Below, one piece after another: positions 1-9,281 of a stretch of DNA of 62,607 bases. A model generated the notes under the pieces. It saw only the letters and a program-made list of their open reading frames with translations, ran no database searches and was not told the DNA's origin. Source of the stretch: a virus (taxonomy: Duplodnaviria; Caudoviricetes); the IMG/VR virus record IMGVR_UViG_3300017728_000004, positions 1-62,607 of that record; one strand, written 5' to 3'. The first letter of the stretch is position 1. Each line of letters begins with the position of its first letter. The position numbers and the translations under genes were made by a program.

Positions 1-1
1 T

Positions 2-2278
2 GATAGGGACAAACCTGATAAGCCTCCCATCGATGGCAAACCTGACCCTGATGGCAAAAAACCTCGCGTAAAACCAGGAGAGATAGATCCAGCAACTGGC
101 AAACCTCGCCCAAAAAGAACAGGAATTCTTGGTGCGTTTGATAATGCAAGAGACGGACTTAAGAGAACAGCAGAGAAGTTTAATCCTTTTGCTGATAATA
201 GGTCTCGTTTAGACAGATATTATGATGATGCAACTGGTTACAAACCAAATGCACTTCAAAATCTTAGAGATAATGCTTCAAGAACTGGACGGGCAATTAG
301 TGATGATGTAGCAGAAAGATTAACAAAGGTACAGATTAAAGGGAAACCTCTAACTGATGTTATTGCAGAAACTTCTGAGGCAACTCTCAGTGGTATGGGT
401 CTTGATAAGGAAAGACGCCAAGCAATCAGATCATCATTGGATACTAGTTTAGAAAAATTAACTAAAAAGAAGAACAAAATACAAGGGGGTATCTTTAGCG
501 GTTTACAAACACTTCAAAGAAATTTAACCTTCCAAGAGGGATCTACCTTTAGGAAAGGTGCAGCACGCGCTGGTCAGGAACTTACATTTGCAGAGGGTTC
601 AACATCTCGAAAAGCTGCTTCAGCAACAGGTAAATTTCTAGGAGAACAAGGAACAAGATTTACTAATGCTATAAAGGCGCAGTACGGTAGATTTAATGAT
701 TGGGCAGGCAGTCTTCCTGATAAAGCAAGAAATGCTTTAATGGAGAGGATTTTAAAACCTATATTATCTGCTATAGAACCTGTCATGAACACCGTTAAGG
801 GTGTTGGTGGTAAGATCACAGGTGCATTCGGCAAATTGGGTTTTGTTCCTAAAATTCTAGAAGCATTAAAGAAAAAAGGCATTTCGGGTTTTACCGACAT
901 TAAAGGTGCAGCTAAAGAACTAGGACCTACAATATGGCCAATTATTGGTAGTGTATTCAGTTTAATTTCTGGTTATGATCGTTTAACAAACCAGGATCCA
1001 ACTGGTGCCCTGATGGATACGGTATCAGGTCTTTTTGAATTATCTGTAGCACCTCCTCCTGTTGGTTTTGCTTTTCTTCCTGGTAGCGGCATTTCAACAT
1101 TCATTGATATTGCAATGCTAGGTAGAGACTTAGCAGGTGCTCTCTTCCCAGATTTTGATCCGAGAACTGAGGAAGACAAACTTATTAATAATTTAGGTCT
1201 AGGTAGTGCACAGACATTTGTAAAGAGTGTTGGGGCAAAACTACCTAAATTGAGTGCTCTCACTAAAATCTTTGGTGAGGCAGAGAAAGAAGGACCTAAA
1301 AGAGAAGATTTTAAAGACGGTGATGACGGAGATAAAGATTTTGAGGAAGCAAAACAGGCATGGTTAGTAACTCAACCCGATGGCAAGGAAGAGGAGATAA
1401 ATGCTGACGCTCAAGCATCAGCACTTGGTGGTCCTATTAGAGAACCTCAAGAGTTATTCTTAGGTGGTGTTGTAAAAGGTATTGGTAAAGCAATTGGTAG
1501 TGTAGGTAAAACTGTTAGTAATGTACTCAGTAATCCTATTGTTTCCACTGGGTTATCATTGATTCCTGGTGCTGCTCCAATTGTAGGAGCAGTAAGTGGT
1601 ATTGCCAATCTAGCTGCTGGTGGGAACCCCCTAGGAGCGATCATGTCAGGCGTTAGCATGATTCCTGGAGTTGGGCAAGCGATGGGTGGTTTTGGTGATT
1701 TTATGGGAAAAGCCGCTGGAATCATTAATAGTCCGCTCGGACAGGCAGGAACGAGTTTACTTCAGGGTAATTTTATGGGTGCTGCAAGTTCAGCATTGGG
1801 TATGCTTGGAGGACCATTAGCTGGTATTGGACAATCACTATTAGGTGGTAATTTTGGCGGTGCTATTTCTTCTGGATTGGGAATGGTCAATCCTATGCTT
1901 GGACAAATGGCAGGCAGTATATTATCTGGTGGATTCCAACCAATGAATATAATTTCAAATGTGGCAGATAGTTTTGGGTTATCTGGTGTTATGCAGGCAG
2001 TTACTGGTCTGGCAGGTGGAGATCCAACTTCAGCAATTAAAGCGATTGGTTCAGAACTTGGAGTAGATCCAAAAATTCTTGGAGCAGTCGATAAGGTTTC
2101 TACTAAAGCATTAGGTGAAAAAGGTATATCTGCAAAGTATGCTATGCAGCAAGCGTTAGAGTTTGTACCTATTCCTGTAGTTCTTGAAAAAGTTGTTCCT
2201 ATGTTGCAAGCAGTTCCCATAAATATAACACAGACGAAAGTAGTTCAAGCAACCGAATCTGTTTTAGGTTCTTTCTAA
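2..2278 (+). CDS. Large virion/tail protein, 5'-truncated (possible tape-measure or baseplate-hub-associated protein)
   Basis: Frame is open from base 2 (DRDKPDKPPIDGKPDP...) into the listed ORF 395..2278. Gly/Ala/Leu-rich amphipathic repeats; lies upstream of hub genes. Function is inferred. Confidence 0.6.
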   Translation, partial: DRDKPDKPPIDGKPDPDGKKPRVKPGEIDPATGKPRPKRTGILGAFDNARDGLKRTAEKFNPFADNRSRLDRYYDDATGYKPNALQNLRDNASRTGRAISDDVAERLTKVQIKGKPLTDVIAETSEATLSGMGLDKERRQAIRSSLDTSLEKLTKKKNKIQGGIFSGLQTLQRNLTFQEGSTFRKGAARAGQELTFAEGSTSRKAASATGKFLGEQGTRFTNAIKAQYGRFNDWAGSLPDKARNALMERILKPILSAIEPVMNTVKGVGGKITGAFGKLGFVPKILEALKKKGISGFTDIKGAAKELGPTIWPIIGSVFSLISGYDRLTNQDPTGALMDTVSGLFELSVAPPPVGFAFLPGSGISTFIDIAMLGRDLAGALFPDFDPRTEEDKLINNLGLGSAQTFVKSVGAKLPKLSALTKIFGEAEKEGPKREDFKDGDDGDKDFEEAKQAWLVTQPDGKEEEINADAQASALGGPIREPQELFLGGVVKGIGKAIGSVGKTVSNVLSNPIVSTGLSLIPGAAPIVGAVSGIANLAAGGNPLGAIMSGVSMIPGVGQAMGGFGDFMGKAAGIINSPLGQAGTSLLQGNFMGAASSALGMLGGPLAGIGQSLLGGNFGGAISSGLGMVNPMLGQMAGSILSGGFQPMNIISNVADSFGLSGVMQAVTGLAGGDPTSAIKAIGSELGVDPKILGAVDKVSTKALGEKGISAKYAMQQALEFVPIPVVLEKVVPMLQAVPINITQTKVVQATESVLGSF

Positions 2279-2282
2279 TTAA

Positions 2283-5200
2283 ATGGCAAAAGTAAAGAAA
2301 GGTGCAAAAATTGATTTCTATAAGTTTGTGGCGATCACTCGCCCAAGCTCAGAGAAACAAATGTCTTCGGATGCTAAGGAGACTATAACTGCTGTTAATT
2401 CTCAGATAGAAGCAACTAATCGTCTGGGAAAAACATTAAATTCGATTGGTAAAACTCTTGTTGATATTAAGAAACTTCAACTTTCTAGATTAACATTAGC
2501 ACAGAAAAATAGTAATAAATTTGACGCTAGATATTCAACACCAAGTAAAAGCACATCTTCAGGATTTATAAAATCTTTCCGTGCAGCTAAAATTCCTGGT
2601 TTCTTAGAAAGTTTATTAGGTCTTTTAGGAGGATTATTTAAGTTATTCATTGTTGTACCTGCACTTAAATGGTTAGGGGATCCAAAGAATCAAAAGAAAG
2701 TTAAGAAACTTGTAGATACTTTAGTCACGGTTGCGAAATTTATATTTGATGTTGCTAAATTTGGTGTAGTTAACACCATCGAAGGTTTATACAAATTATT
2801 TGATGATGAGACTAGTTGGTTAGATAAGATGGGAGGATTCCTGCAAGCAGCAGCAGGACTCGGAACATTATTACTTGGTATTCGTTGGTTATCTAATCCA
2901 CTAAAACTTGTTACTGACTTTGGTGGCGTTCTAAAGTTCCTTGCTTTCAATCTAAACAGAGCTAGGACAGGAATGCTAGCGCGTGCGAAGACAAAGGGTT
3001 TTGGAAAGGCAGCTCTCCTTTTAACCACCGTGGCAGTGGCAGGTGCAGGAATGCGCGTTGGCGCAGGTGAGGGAGAAAATAAATCCCAAGATGATCCAGA
3101 AAAGAAATCCCAAGATGATCCAGAAAAGAAATCCAAAGATGATCCAGAAAAGAAATCCAAAGATGATGCAGAAAAGAAATCCCAAGGAGGTTTAGTACAG
3201 AGTCTTCCAAGCAGATCACAAGGAGGATATATTAATGGACCTCAGTCAGGATACCCAGTATCACTGGATGGAGGAAAATCAACTTCGTTCATCGGACATG
3301 GACGTGAATATGTTGCTAGAAAGGCAAATGGGGGAGCTTTCGTCGTTCCTCTTAATACTCCTGGAACAAAAACACAACCCCACTTAACTAGTAAGAGACT
3401 TGGTGAAGCAAAGAGTCAGGGATATAAAGTTCCTAATGCTATGAGACAGGAATATCCTGTTGGTAGATCTTTAGGTGGGAAACTTCCTCAATTCTCTCAA
3501 GGTGGCGCTTATCTTAATAAAGTCAAAGCAAATGACAGTACTTCGGGTGATAATGCAAATAAGCAAATCTTCTTACATTGGAGTGGTGGTCATAGAAGTA
3601 ATACTGAGTTCCATAATGGTAATGGATACCATACCTTTATTCCTGCATCTGGTCAACCAGTTCGTAAAGCAAGGTTTGGACAAAAGGGAAGACCCTATCA
3701 CACTTATGGTCAAAACCAAGCAACGTCTGCTGCTATTGCCGTTTCTGGTATGAATGGTTTTGGTAGTGAGAGTGCTTCAAGTTGGGGTGCTCAGGCAATT
3801 ACACCAAACCAATATAAAGGTATGGCAAAAGAGGCAGCAGGACTTGCTACTGCCTGGGGATGGAAACCATCAGATATTACTGATAAGAGAGTAAGAACTC
3901 ACTACGAAGACTATAGAGACCGTCCAGATTGGTATCTCCGCTCAGAACCTTCACATTATCGTTGGGATTTGAATAGATTGTATGCAGGTGATCCCGAGAA
4001 TAGTGGTCCTGGAAAGATCCGTAAGATGATCAAGCAGCAAATGTCATCTTTTGGTGCAAAACCAACAAAGACTGAGGATCCGACTAGAGATGGATCTGAT
4101 AATAGAAATACAGCACCATGGAATCCTGGATTGGGGGTATTGGATGCTGTAACAGGAAATCTGTTTGACTTTGATGGTGCTGGTAAAAAGACTCCACCAC
4201 AGCCACCATCTAGTACGTCAGATCCTTCTAAGAAACCAAGAGAGAAAGCTAAAGTAGAAAAGAAAGGAACCCGAGGATCACCTTTCTGGACTCTTGCTGC
4301 TGTCGCTGGAACAGAAGATGGTGATCCTCAAGCATGGGCAGACGTTGCACAATCTGTATATAACAGATCCAAGTCTGGAAAGTACAGTTCAAGAGATATT
4401 AGAAAACTTCTATTATCTAAGGATCAATATGAACCTACTTGGAAGTTCCCCAAGTATGGCAGAAAAGGCGTACCAAATCCAGAGTGGCATAACATCACTG
4501 ATGCTGCATCTGCAGCTTTGGCATCAGGAACAAATGTCACTTATATGGAGAAAGTTGCCAAAGCACTAGAAAATAAAACATTACAGCAAAATGCTGCTAA
4601 ATTTGTTGGTGGTAGAACCGACTTTATGGGTGGTAATGAAATAGCAAACTTTGAGGATGGTGATGTTAGAAGAAAGGAAAACATGCCAAACAACTTCTTT
4701 GGTTGGTTTGTTGGACCTGGTTCTAAAGCTTATAAAAAGACAAATCCTACGGCAGCAGGTATTCCTGATATGACAGGTACTACAAGTGGCACACCTCCTG
4801 CTACTTCTATAACAGATGATATTTCTGGACTAGATACAACATCAGATGCTGCAACTGGTGCTTCTGCTGCTGAGGGTGAACAGACAAGACCATACGTCTC
4901 AGCGTTTAGAACTCCAGCATCCGACTCAAGGGATGTTAGAACCCGTCGTGGGATGAAAGCAGAAGATGGTAATTACTCAAGCGTTATGTCTAGTACAGGA
5001 CAAAGAGATTTATTAAAACAAACTGAAAAGAGAAATGCTGCTCGTACAGAAATAAATGATAGGTCACAAGCAATGATTCAAACCGCAATTGAAGCAGTTT
5101 CACAAGCAAATGGTAGTAATCAAGAAAAAATCGCTGCTGCTGCTCGTTCTGTTCAGCAAATGATGGCAGCAGCAAGAGCGGCATCTTCACAACCTGCAAC

Positions 5201-5348
5201 AACTATGATTCCTAGTTCAACCACTGGTGGTGGTAGTTTTGGCGGTGGTGGTGGTTCTGGTGGTGGTGCAGGCAGTGCAGGCAGTGGTAGATCTACAGCA
5301 GCAAAACTGGGATCTGCAATTAACGCAGTAGGTAGGATTTTCTCATGA
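2283..5348 (+). CDS. Large tail-associated protein with amidase-like and SleB/Hydrolase_2-like peptidoglycan hydrolase domains
   Basis: 1021 aa. Hydrophobic N-terminal segments; IFLHWSGG...YHTFI...HTYGQN...VRTHYE (Amidase_2-like Zn ligands); LAAVAGTEDG...VAQSVYNR...DQYEP (SleB-like). Confidence 0.7.
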   Translation: MAKVKKGAKIDFYKFVAITRPSSEKQMSSDAKETITAVNSQIEATNRLGKTLNSIGKTLVDIKKLQLSRLTLAQKNSNKFDARYSTPSKSTSSGFIKSFRAAKIPGFLESLLGLLGGLFKLFIVVPALKWLGDPKNQKKVKKLVDTLVTVAKFIFDVAKFGVVNTIEGLYKLFDDETSWLDKMGGFLQAAAGLGTLLLGIRWLSNPLKLVTDFGGVLKFLAFNLNRARTGMLARAKTKGFGKAALLLTTVAVAGAGMRVGAGEGENKSQDDPEKKSQDDPEKKSKDDPEKKSKDDAEKKSQGGLVQSLPSRSQGGYINGPQSGYPVSLDGGKSTSFIGHGREYVARKANGGAFVVPLNTPGTKTQPHLTSKRLGEAKSQGYKVPNAMRQEYPVGRSLGGKLPQFSQGGAYLNKVKANDSTSGDNANKQIFLHWSGGHRSNTEFHNGNGYHTFIPASGQPVRKARFGQKGRPYHTYGQNQATSAAIAVSGMNGFGSESASSWGAQAITPNQYKGMAKEAAGLATAWGWKPSDITDKRVRTHYEDYRDRPDWYLRSEPSHYRWDLNRLYAGDPENSGPGKIRKMIKQQMSSFGAKPTKTEDPTRDGSDNRNTAPWNPGLGVLDAVTGNLFDFDGAGKKTPPQPPSSTSDPSKKPREKAKVEKKGTRGSPFWTLAAVAGTEDGDPQAWADVAQSVYNRSKSGKYSSRDIRKLLLSKDQYEPTWKFPKYGRKGVPNPEWHNITDAASAALASGTNVTYMEKVAKALENKTLQQNAAKFVGGRTDFMGGNEIANFEDGDVRRKENMPNNFFGWFVGPGSKAYKKTNPTAAGIPDMTGTTSGTPPATSITDDISGLDTTSDAATGASAAEGEQTRPYVSAFRTPASDSRDVRTRRGMKAEDGNYSSVMSSTGQRDLLKQTEKRNAARTEINDRSQAMIQTAIEAVSQANGSNQEKIAAAARSVQQMMAAARAASSQPATTMIPSSTTGGGSFGGGGGSGGGAGSAGSGRSTAAKLGSAINAVGRIFS
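3081..3186 (+). repeat. 24-bp coding tandem repeat, about 4.4 copies (KS[Q/K]DD[P/A]EK)
   Basis: AAATCC(C/A)AAGATGAT(C/G)CAGAAAAG four times plus a partial copy, read directly. Confidence 0.95.
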
Positions 5349-6718
5349 CATTAAAACAAGAACAAGTAGGTGAAGTTGTTTACAAGGTCTTTGTCTTTAG
5401 AGATGGTAAAATAGTTACTAATGATGATGGACAATCTAATATTGCGGAATTTGTCAGAGGTATTGAAATATTAGAAAGCATTACTACTGCATCGATTGAA
5501 GCAACTATGGTTATTCAAGATTCTGCTGGTTTCTTAGGTGCAATGACAGGATCTGAATTATTTAAAATTCAATGTATTGCCACGAATATTGATAGAACTT
5601 ATTATGTCCGTGCATATGCAATGGAGTCAAGATCCAGATCAAAGCAACAACAAGATATGTTTGTCATCAGAGCATGTTCTGATGAGTTTATTAAGAATGA
5701 AGTGACAAATGTATTTGGAAATAGTAATACGATTTTTGCAGGGGAAGGTGAGGCATCGGCAATTATTAAACAAATTCTTACAGATAAAAGATATTTGAAG
5801 TCTAAGAAGAAATTCTTTAGTGAAACAACTTTAAACAAACAACAATTTATTGCTACAAATTGGAGACCATATGATGCAATTTACTGGGTAGCACAGAGAG
5901 CAGTCAGAAAATCTAGAAAGGGTGGCAGCTTACAAAATGGTTTCTGTTTCTGGGAAAATGCATTAGGTTTTCATTTTAAATCTATTGATACGATGATTTC
6001 GGATGTCAATAAACAGAAGGACAATGGTCAGTCAAACTACTCTAAAAATGATATTAAACTTTATAAGTATGTTTACTCACCTAAGAGCACTGATGAAGGT
6101 GGTTCTGATTCATATAAGATTCAAAGTTTAGTATTTCCAGATGAAAGAAACTTTTTAATGGGTTTAAGACATGGTGAATGGTCTGGTTTTAGTGTTGGAT
6201 TTGATCCTGTAACAGTTTCCAATTCTGTCATGGGTGGTAGTAAAGATCTTAATGTTGATGCATTTCGATATAGTCTTAAGGATTCTTGGAATAAAATGGA
6301 ACACCTAGATGGTAAGAAGGCAAAAAATCCTATCAAATCTATGGATACTGGTATTCAGGCAATGATTGATTATCCAAAGAGAGTTCGTTATACGATGCTG
6401 CCTGCTCAAAATTTTGATGCTGAAAATAAAGATAATCCACAATCAACTTACTCAGAACTTATAGAACTTCAGTCATATCAATGGATGCGTATTGCATCAC
6501 TTAAAAATATCAAATTGATCGTCAAAATTCCTGGCAACTTTGATCTATATGCTGGTTCTGGAATTAGTATTACAATTCCTGCTACTTTTAGAGACGGAGA
6601 TAAAACACCTGTAGATAAAAGATACAGTGGACGCTACCTAATTGCCTCTGTAAAGCACGATATGGTAGATCAAAAACTATCGACAGAACTTTTGTTACTG
6701 AGAGACGCAGTTATCTAA
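5345..6718 (+). CDS. Putative baseplate hub protein (gp27/gpD-like)
   Basis: 457 aa. IEILESIT...IQDSAGFL N-terminus and IPGNFDLYAG...YSGRYLIASVKH...TELLLLRD C-terminus typical of myovirus hub proteins; position upstream of gp5. Confidence 0.65.
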   Translation: MTLKQEQVGEVVYKVFVFRDGKIVTNDDGQSNIAEFVRGIEILESITTASIEATMVIQDSAGFLGAMTGSELFKIQCIATNIDRTYYVRAYAMESRSRSKQQQDMFVIRACSDEFIKNEVTNVFGNSNTIFAGEGEASAIIKQILTDKRYLKSKKKFFSETTLNKQQFIATNWRPYDAIYWVAQRAVRKSRKGGSLQNGFCFWENALGFHFKSIDTMISDVNKQKDNGQSNYSKNDIKLYKYVYSPKSTDEGGSDSYKIQSLVFPDERNFLMGLRHGEWSGFSVGFDPVTVSNSVMGGSKDLNVDAFRYSLKDSWNKMEHLDGKKAKNPIKSMDTGIQAMIDYPKRVRYTMLPAQNFDAENKDNPQSTYSELIELQSYQWMRIASLKNIKLIVKIPGNFDLYAGSGISITIPATFRDGDKTPVDKRYSGRYLIASVKHDMVDQKLSTELLLLRDAVI

Positions 6719-6721
6719 CAC

Positions 6722-6767
6722 TTGACAGAGTGGGTAATTCAATGTACAATAACACTGTAAGGGTTCA
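6722..6767 (+). promoter_or_regulatory. Sigma70-type promoter with conserved downstream 17-mer
   Basis: TTGACA(6722)-17 nt-TACAAT(6745), then AACACTGTAAGGGTTCA, identical to 41010-41026. Confidence 0.8.
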
Positions 6768-6789
6768 AAGACAACTTTTAGAGCTCTTT

Positions 6790-6797
6790 CATAAATA
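6790..6797 (+). promoter_or_regulatory. T4-type late promoter-like motif (CATAAATA)
   Basis: NATAAATA about 25 nt upstream of the cp12 ATG. Confidence 0.5.
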
Positions 6798-6822
6798 AAA
6801 CTACAAAGCACAATTGTTACAT

Positions 6823-7050
6823 ATGGAAAGTATTGAAAAGCATATCGAGAAAGACAGGGAAATTCTGGATAATCCTATGACTTCTCCTAATCAACGCCGT
6901 CACATTGAGGGCGAACTTCATGAATTAGAAGAGTATGCTGAGCATCATAAAAAAGAGATTGAAGCAGGAGACCATCACGATCCTAGTTACATAGAACTAT
7001 TTTGTGATCAAAATCCTTCAGAACCAGAGTGTTTGGTATATGAAGATTGA
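6823..7050 (+). CDS. cp12: Phage CP12 (Calvin-cycle inhibitor)
   Basis: MESIEKHIEKD...; C-terminal ELFCDQNPSEPECLVYED matches the CP12 C-terminal Cys pair; ATG at 6823. Confidence 0.93.
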   Translation: MESIEKHIEKDREILDNPMTSPNQRRHIEGELHELEEYAEHHKKEIEAGDHHDPSYIELFCDQNPSEPECLVYED

Positions 7051-7492
7051 TGATTATATTTTAGGACATTGGTCAAATAAATTTCAAGCACAATCTGCTC
7101 CTCACCATTTTTCTACAGTAGAGATAGTATGGGAGAAAGTAGATGGAGGATATCATTCAAAAAATTATTTCAGGTCTGATGGTCCTGACAAACCTTATAG
7201 AGAAAGGTATCATAAAACTATTACCGTATCAGACACAGAAGTTCGTTTTGAGAACTATGACTTAGACTGGACAAGATGCGAAAACTGTGATATGATATTT
7301 AAGTTCGATGATAATATCTGGCATGGAAAATTGATTGGCGATCTATGCACAGGTGTTAGAGGGCATAAAGTTATATCTGAGATCCACCTCTATGGAGACA
7401 AACTACATAGTAAAGATCAAGGATATAACACGGAGGGTGAAATGATGTGGGGTTCAGAATGCCTTTACAAATTCATCCGACAGGGAGAATAA
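7040..7492 (+). CDS. cpeT: T-type phycobiliprotein lyase (phage CpeT-like)
   Basis: GHWSNKFQAQSAP..F, KPYRER, CD..F, SKDQGY...WGS...YKF motifs of the CpcT/CpeT family; ATG 7040 overlaps the end of cp12. Confidence 0.88.
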   Translation: MKIDDYILGHWSNKFQAQSAPHHFSTVEIVWEKVDGGYHSKNYFRSDGPDKPYRERYHKTITVSDTEVRFENYDLDWTRCENCDMIFKFDDNIWHGKLIGDLCTGVRGHKVISEIHLYGDKLHSKDQGYNTEGEMMWGSECLYKFIRQGE

Positions 7493-7554
7493 CTCAGCGG
7501 TAGAGTGGCTCGTTTACACCGAGTTTGTCGGGGGTTCGATCCCCTCTTTTCCCA
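7483..7554 (+). tRNA. tRNA-Val(TAC)
   Basis: GGGAGAA/TTTTCCC acceptor, ACTC/GAGT D stem, anticodon loop TT-TAC-AC, GGGGG-TTCGATC-CCCTC T arm; no encoded CCA. Confidence 0.93.
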
Positions 7555-7595
7555 TAGTTGTTATTAACAACTTCAAACTTAAATGAGAATGAATT

Positions 7596-8276
7596 ATGAA
7601 ACGACTTCGTAATGTTATTGCGGCAGGTCTTATGTTAGGCATGACGTGTGGAATGAGTGTAAATGCGGAATCGAATAAAATTAGGAGTTGGAAAACAAAT
7701 CATTCTATGGGGTGTATGTTGCTCCGTGAATGTAAAGAAGATGTAGAAGAAGTGTTTTCTCTATTGGATATCTCTGGACAGTATCCTAATACCGAAGAAT
7801 ATACCAAACACAGTCCTGAATTCAATTCGATGTTGGTGACATTGAATCAGATCGGTGTCAAAGTATTCCTTGCTGATGAGAAGTATTTCCCTGTAGGACA
7901 TCGTGGTGTTTATCATACAGTAACTAATAACTTCTATTTGAATAGGGATCATATGGGTGATCCTGGTGTATTGATGATGTTGATGCGTCACGAAGGTTGG
8001 CATGCTGCACAAGATTGTATGGCAGGCACCATTGATAATAGTATGATTGCTATTATCAAACCTGAGGATGAAGTTCCTATGCTGTGGAGAGTCCTAGCAG
8101 AACGTACTTATCCTAAGTCTGCTGTGCCATGGGAAGCAGAAGCACAATGGGCAGGTCGTACAGATGGTATGACACAAGCAGCACTTGAATCCTGTGCTCG
8201 TGGTAGCATGTGGAGTGATTATGAACCCACCCCTAAAACTGGAGAGTGGTTGAGGAGAAATGGTTTTATTCAGTAA
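7596..8276 (+). CDS. HExxH (zincin-like) protein with signal-peptide-like N-terminus
   Basis: LMRHEGWHAAQDC with downstream PWEAEA; basic then hydrophobic N-terminus. Confidence 0.65.
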   Translation: MKRLRNVIAAGLMLGMTCGMSVNAESNKIRSWKTNHSMGCMLLRECKEDVEEVFSLLDISGQYPNTEEYTKHSPEFNSMLVTLNQIGVKVFLADEKYFPVGHRGVYHTVTNNFYLNRDHMGDPGVLMMLMRHEGWHAAQDCMAGTIDNSMIAIIKPEDEVPMLWRVLAERTYPKSAVPWEAEAQWAGRTDGMTQAALESCARGSMWSDYEPTPKTGEWLRRNGFIQ

Positions 8277-8718
8277 GAATGCTTACCAATTGGTGAAGCA
8301 AATAACATGGGATGATGTCATCAAAAAGATGGAAAATGAGTTTGAACTTGAAACTTGTGTATCCTATGTTAACTCTACAAGCGCACCAACAATCATCTTA
8401 CATAATGAAAACCAACCAAAGAGTATATTTGATGCAGTAAAAGAAATTGAGAAAGATTGGGTAACAAATAGTTGCCATGTATATACCTCGTTTGCTAAAT
8501 CTGCTCTTACCTTTGGAAGACATAACGATAACGTAAATGTTTTAATTGTTGGTGCTATTGGAAAAGTCTCTTATAAATTTGATGATGGTTCTACATATCT
8601 CGTAGAACCTGGTGATAGTTTATACATTCCAGCAGGAGAATATCATGATCCAATAGTTCATTCTGCTAGAGCAACGCTGAGTATATCAACTCCATCACTT
8701 CCCCCACTTCAAACATAA
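8260..8718 (+). CDS. Cupin/JmjC-like protein
   Basis: FGRHND..NVLIV...G...VEPGDSLYIPAGEYH. Confidence 0.75.
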   Translation: MVLFSKNAYQLVKQITWDDVIKKMENEFELETCVSYVNSTSAPTIILHNENQPKSIFDAVKEIEKDWVTNSCHVYTSFAKSALTFGRHNDNVNVLIVGAIGKVSYKFDDGSTYLVEPGDSLYIPAGEYHDPIVHSARATLSISTPSLPPLQT

Positions 8719-9281
8719 TGAGTAACGCAAGAGACTACCTGTTCAAAGTTCCTTTTAGGCAATACAGTATGCCTAATTGGGAAGCAAATAAGAAAAAAAT
8801 CTTAGAGACTTTACCAATCAATTCATACACCGATTTTTATGAAAATAAAAAGAACGGTCTTCCTTTTTACATTGATGTTGTAGGAGGTATAATTGATGAG
8901 GCAATGTCAGATTTCAAAAACACATATCCACCAGGTGTGATGATCACTTCTATGTGGTATGAGAGATCTAAGAAGGGAGATTACCATGGACCCCATAATC
9001 ATGGTGCAACAGGATTCTCTGCTATACTGTATGTTCAATACAATGGTGCAGATCATGAACCAACTAAGTTTCATTCACCATTTCTAGATGCTGCAACAGG
9101 TGAAAACATGAAGTATCAACCTGTTGTTAGAGAGGGAGATCTATTAGTATTCCCCTCTTATATTTTACATGAGGCACCTATTAATAATAGCGATACTGAT
9201 AGAACTATCGTGTCATTTAATATTATGGGTGAAGACGTGGCAAAGGCATGGAAAGCAGGATTCCTCAATGCTAAAAAATAG
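8718..9281 (+). CDS. 2OG-Fe(II) oxygenase family protein
   Basis: HGPHNHG..GFSAILY...EGDLLVFPSYILHEAP...RTIVSFN. Confidence 0.85.
   Translation: MSNARDYLFKVPFRQYSMPNWEANKKKILETLPINSYTDFYENKKNGLPFYIDVVGGIIDEAMSDFKNTYPPGVMITSMWYERSKKGDYHGPHNHGATGFSAILYVQYNGADHEPTKFHSPFLDAATGENMKYQPVVREGDLLVFPSYILHEAPINNSDTDRTIVSFNIMGEDVAKAWKAGFLNAKK

Noticed and set aside
3081-3186. Possible CRISPR array
   Set aside because: The repeats are contiguous with no spacers and lie in frame within a CDS.
256-5202. Minus-strand and alternate-frame ORFs over the first two genes, including the repeat-derived MDFFSGSS... ORF
   Set aside because: Shadows of long + strand genes; the repeated peptide only reflects the 24-bp repeat.
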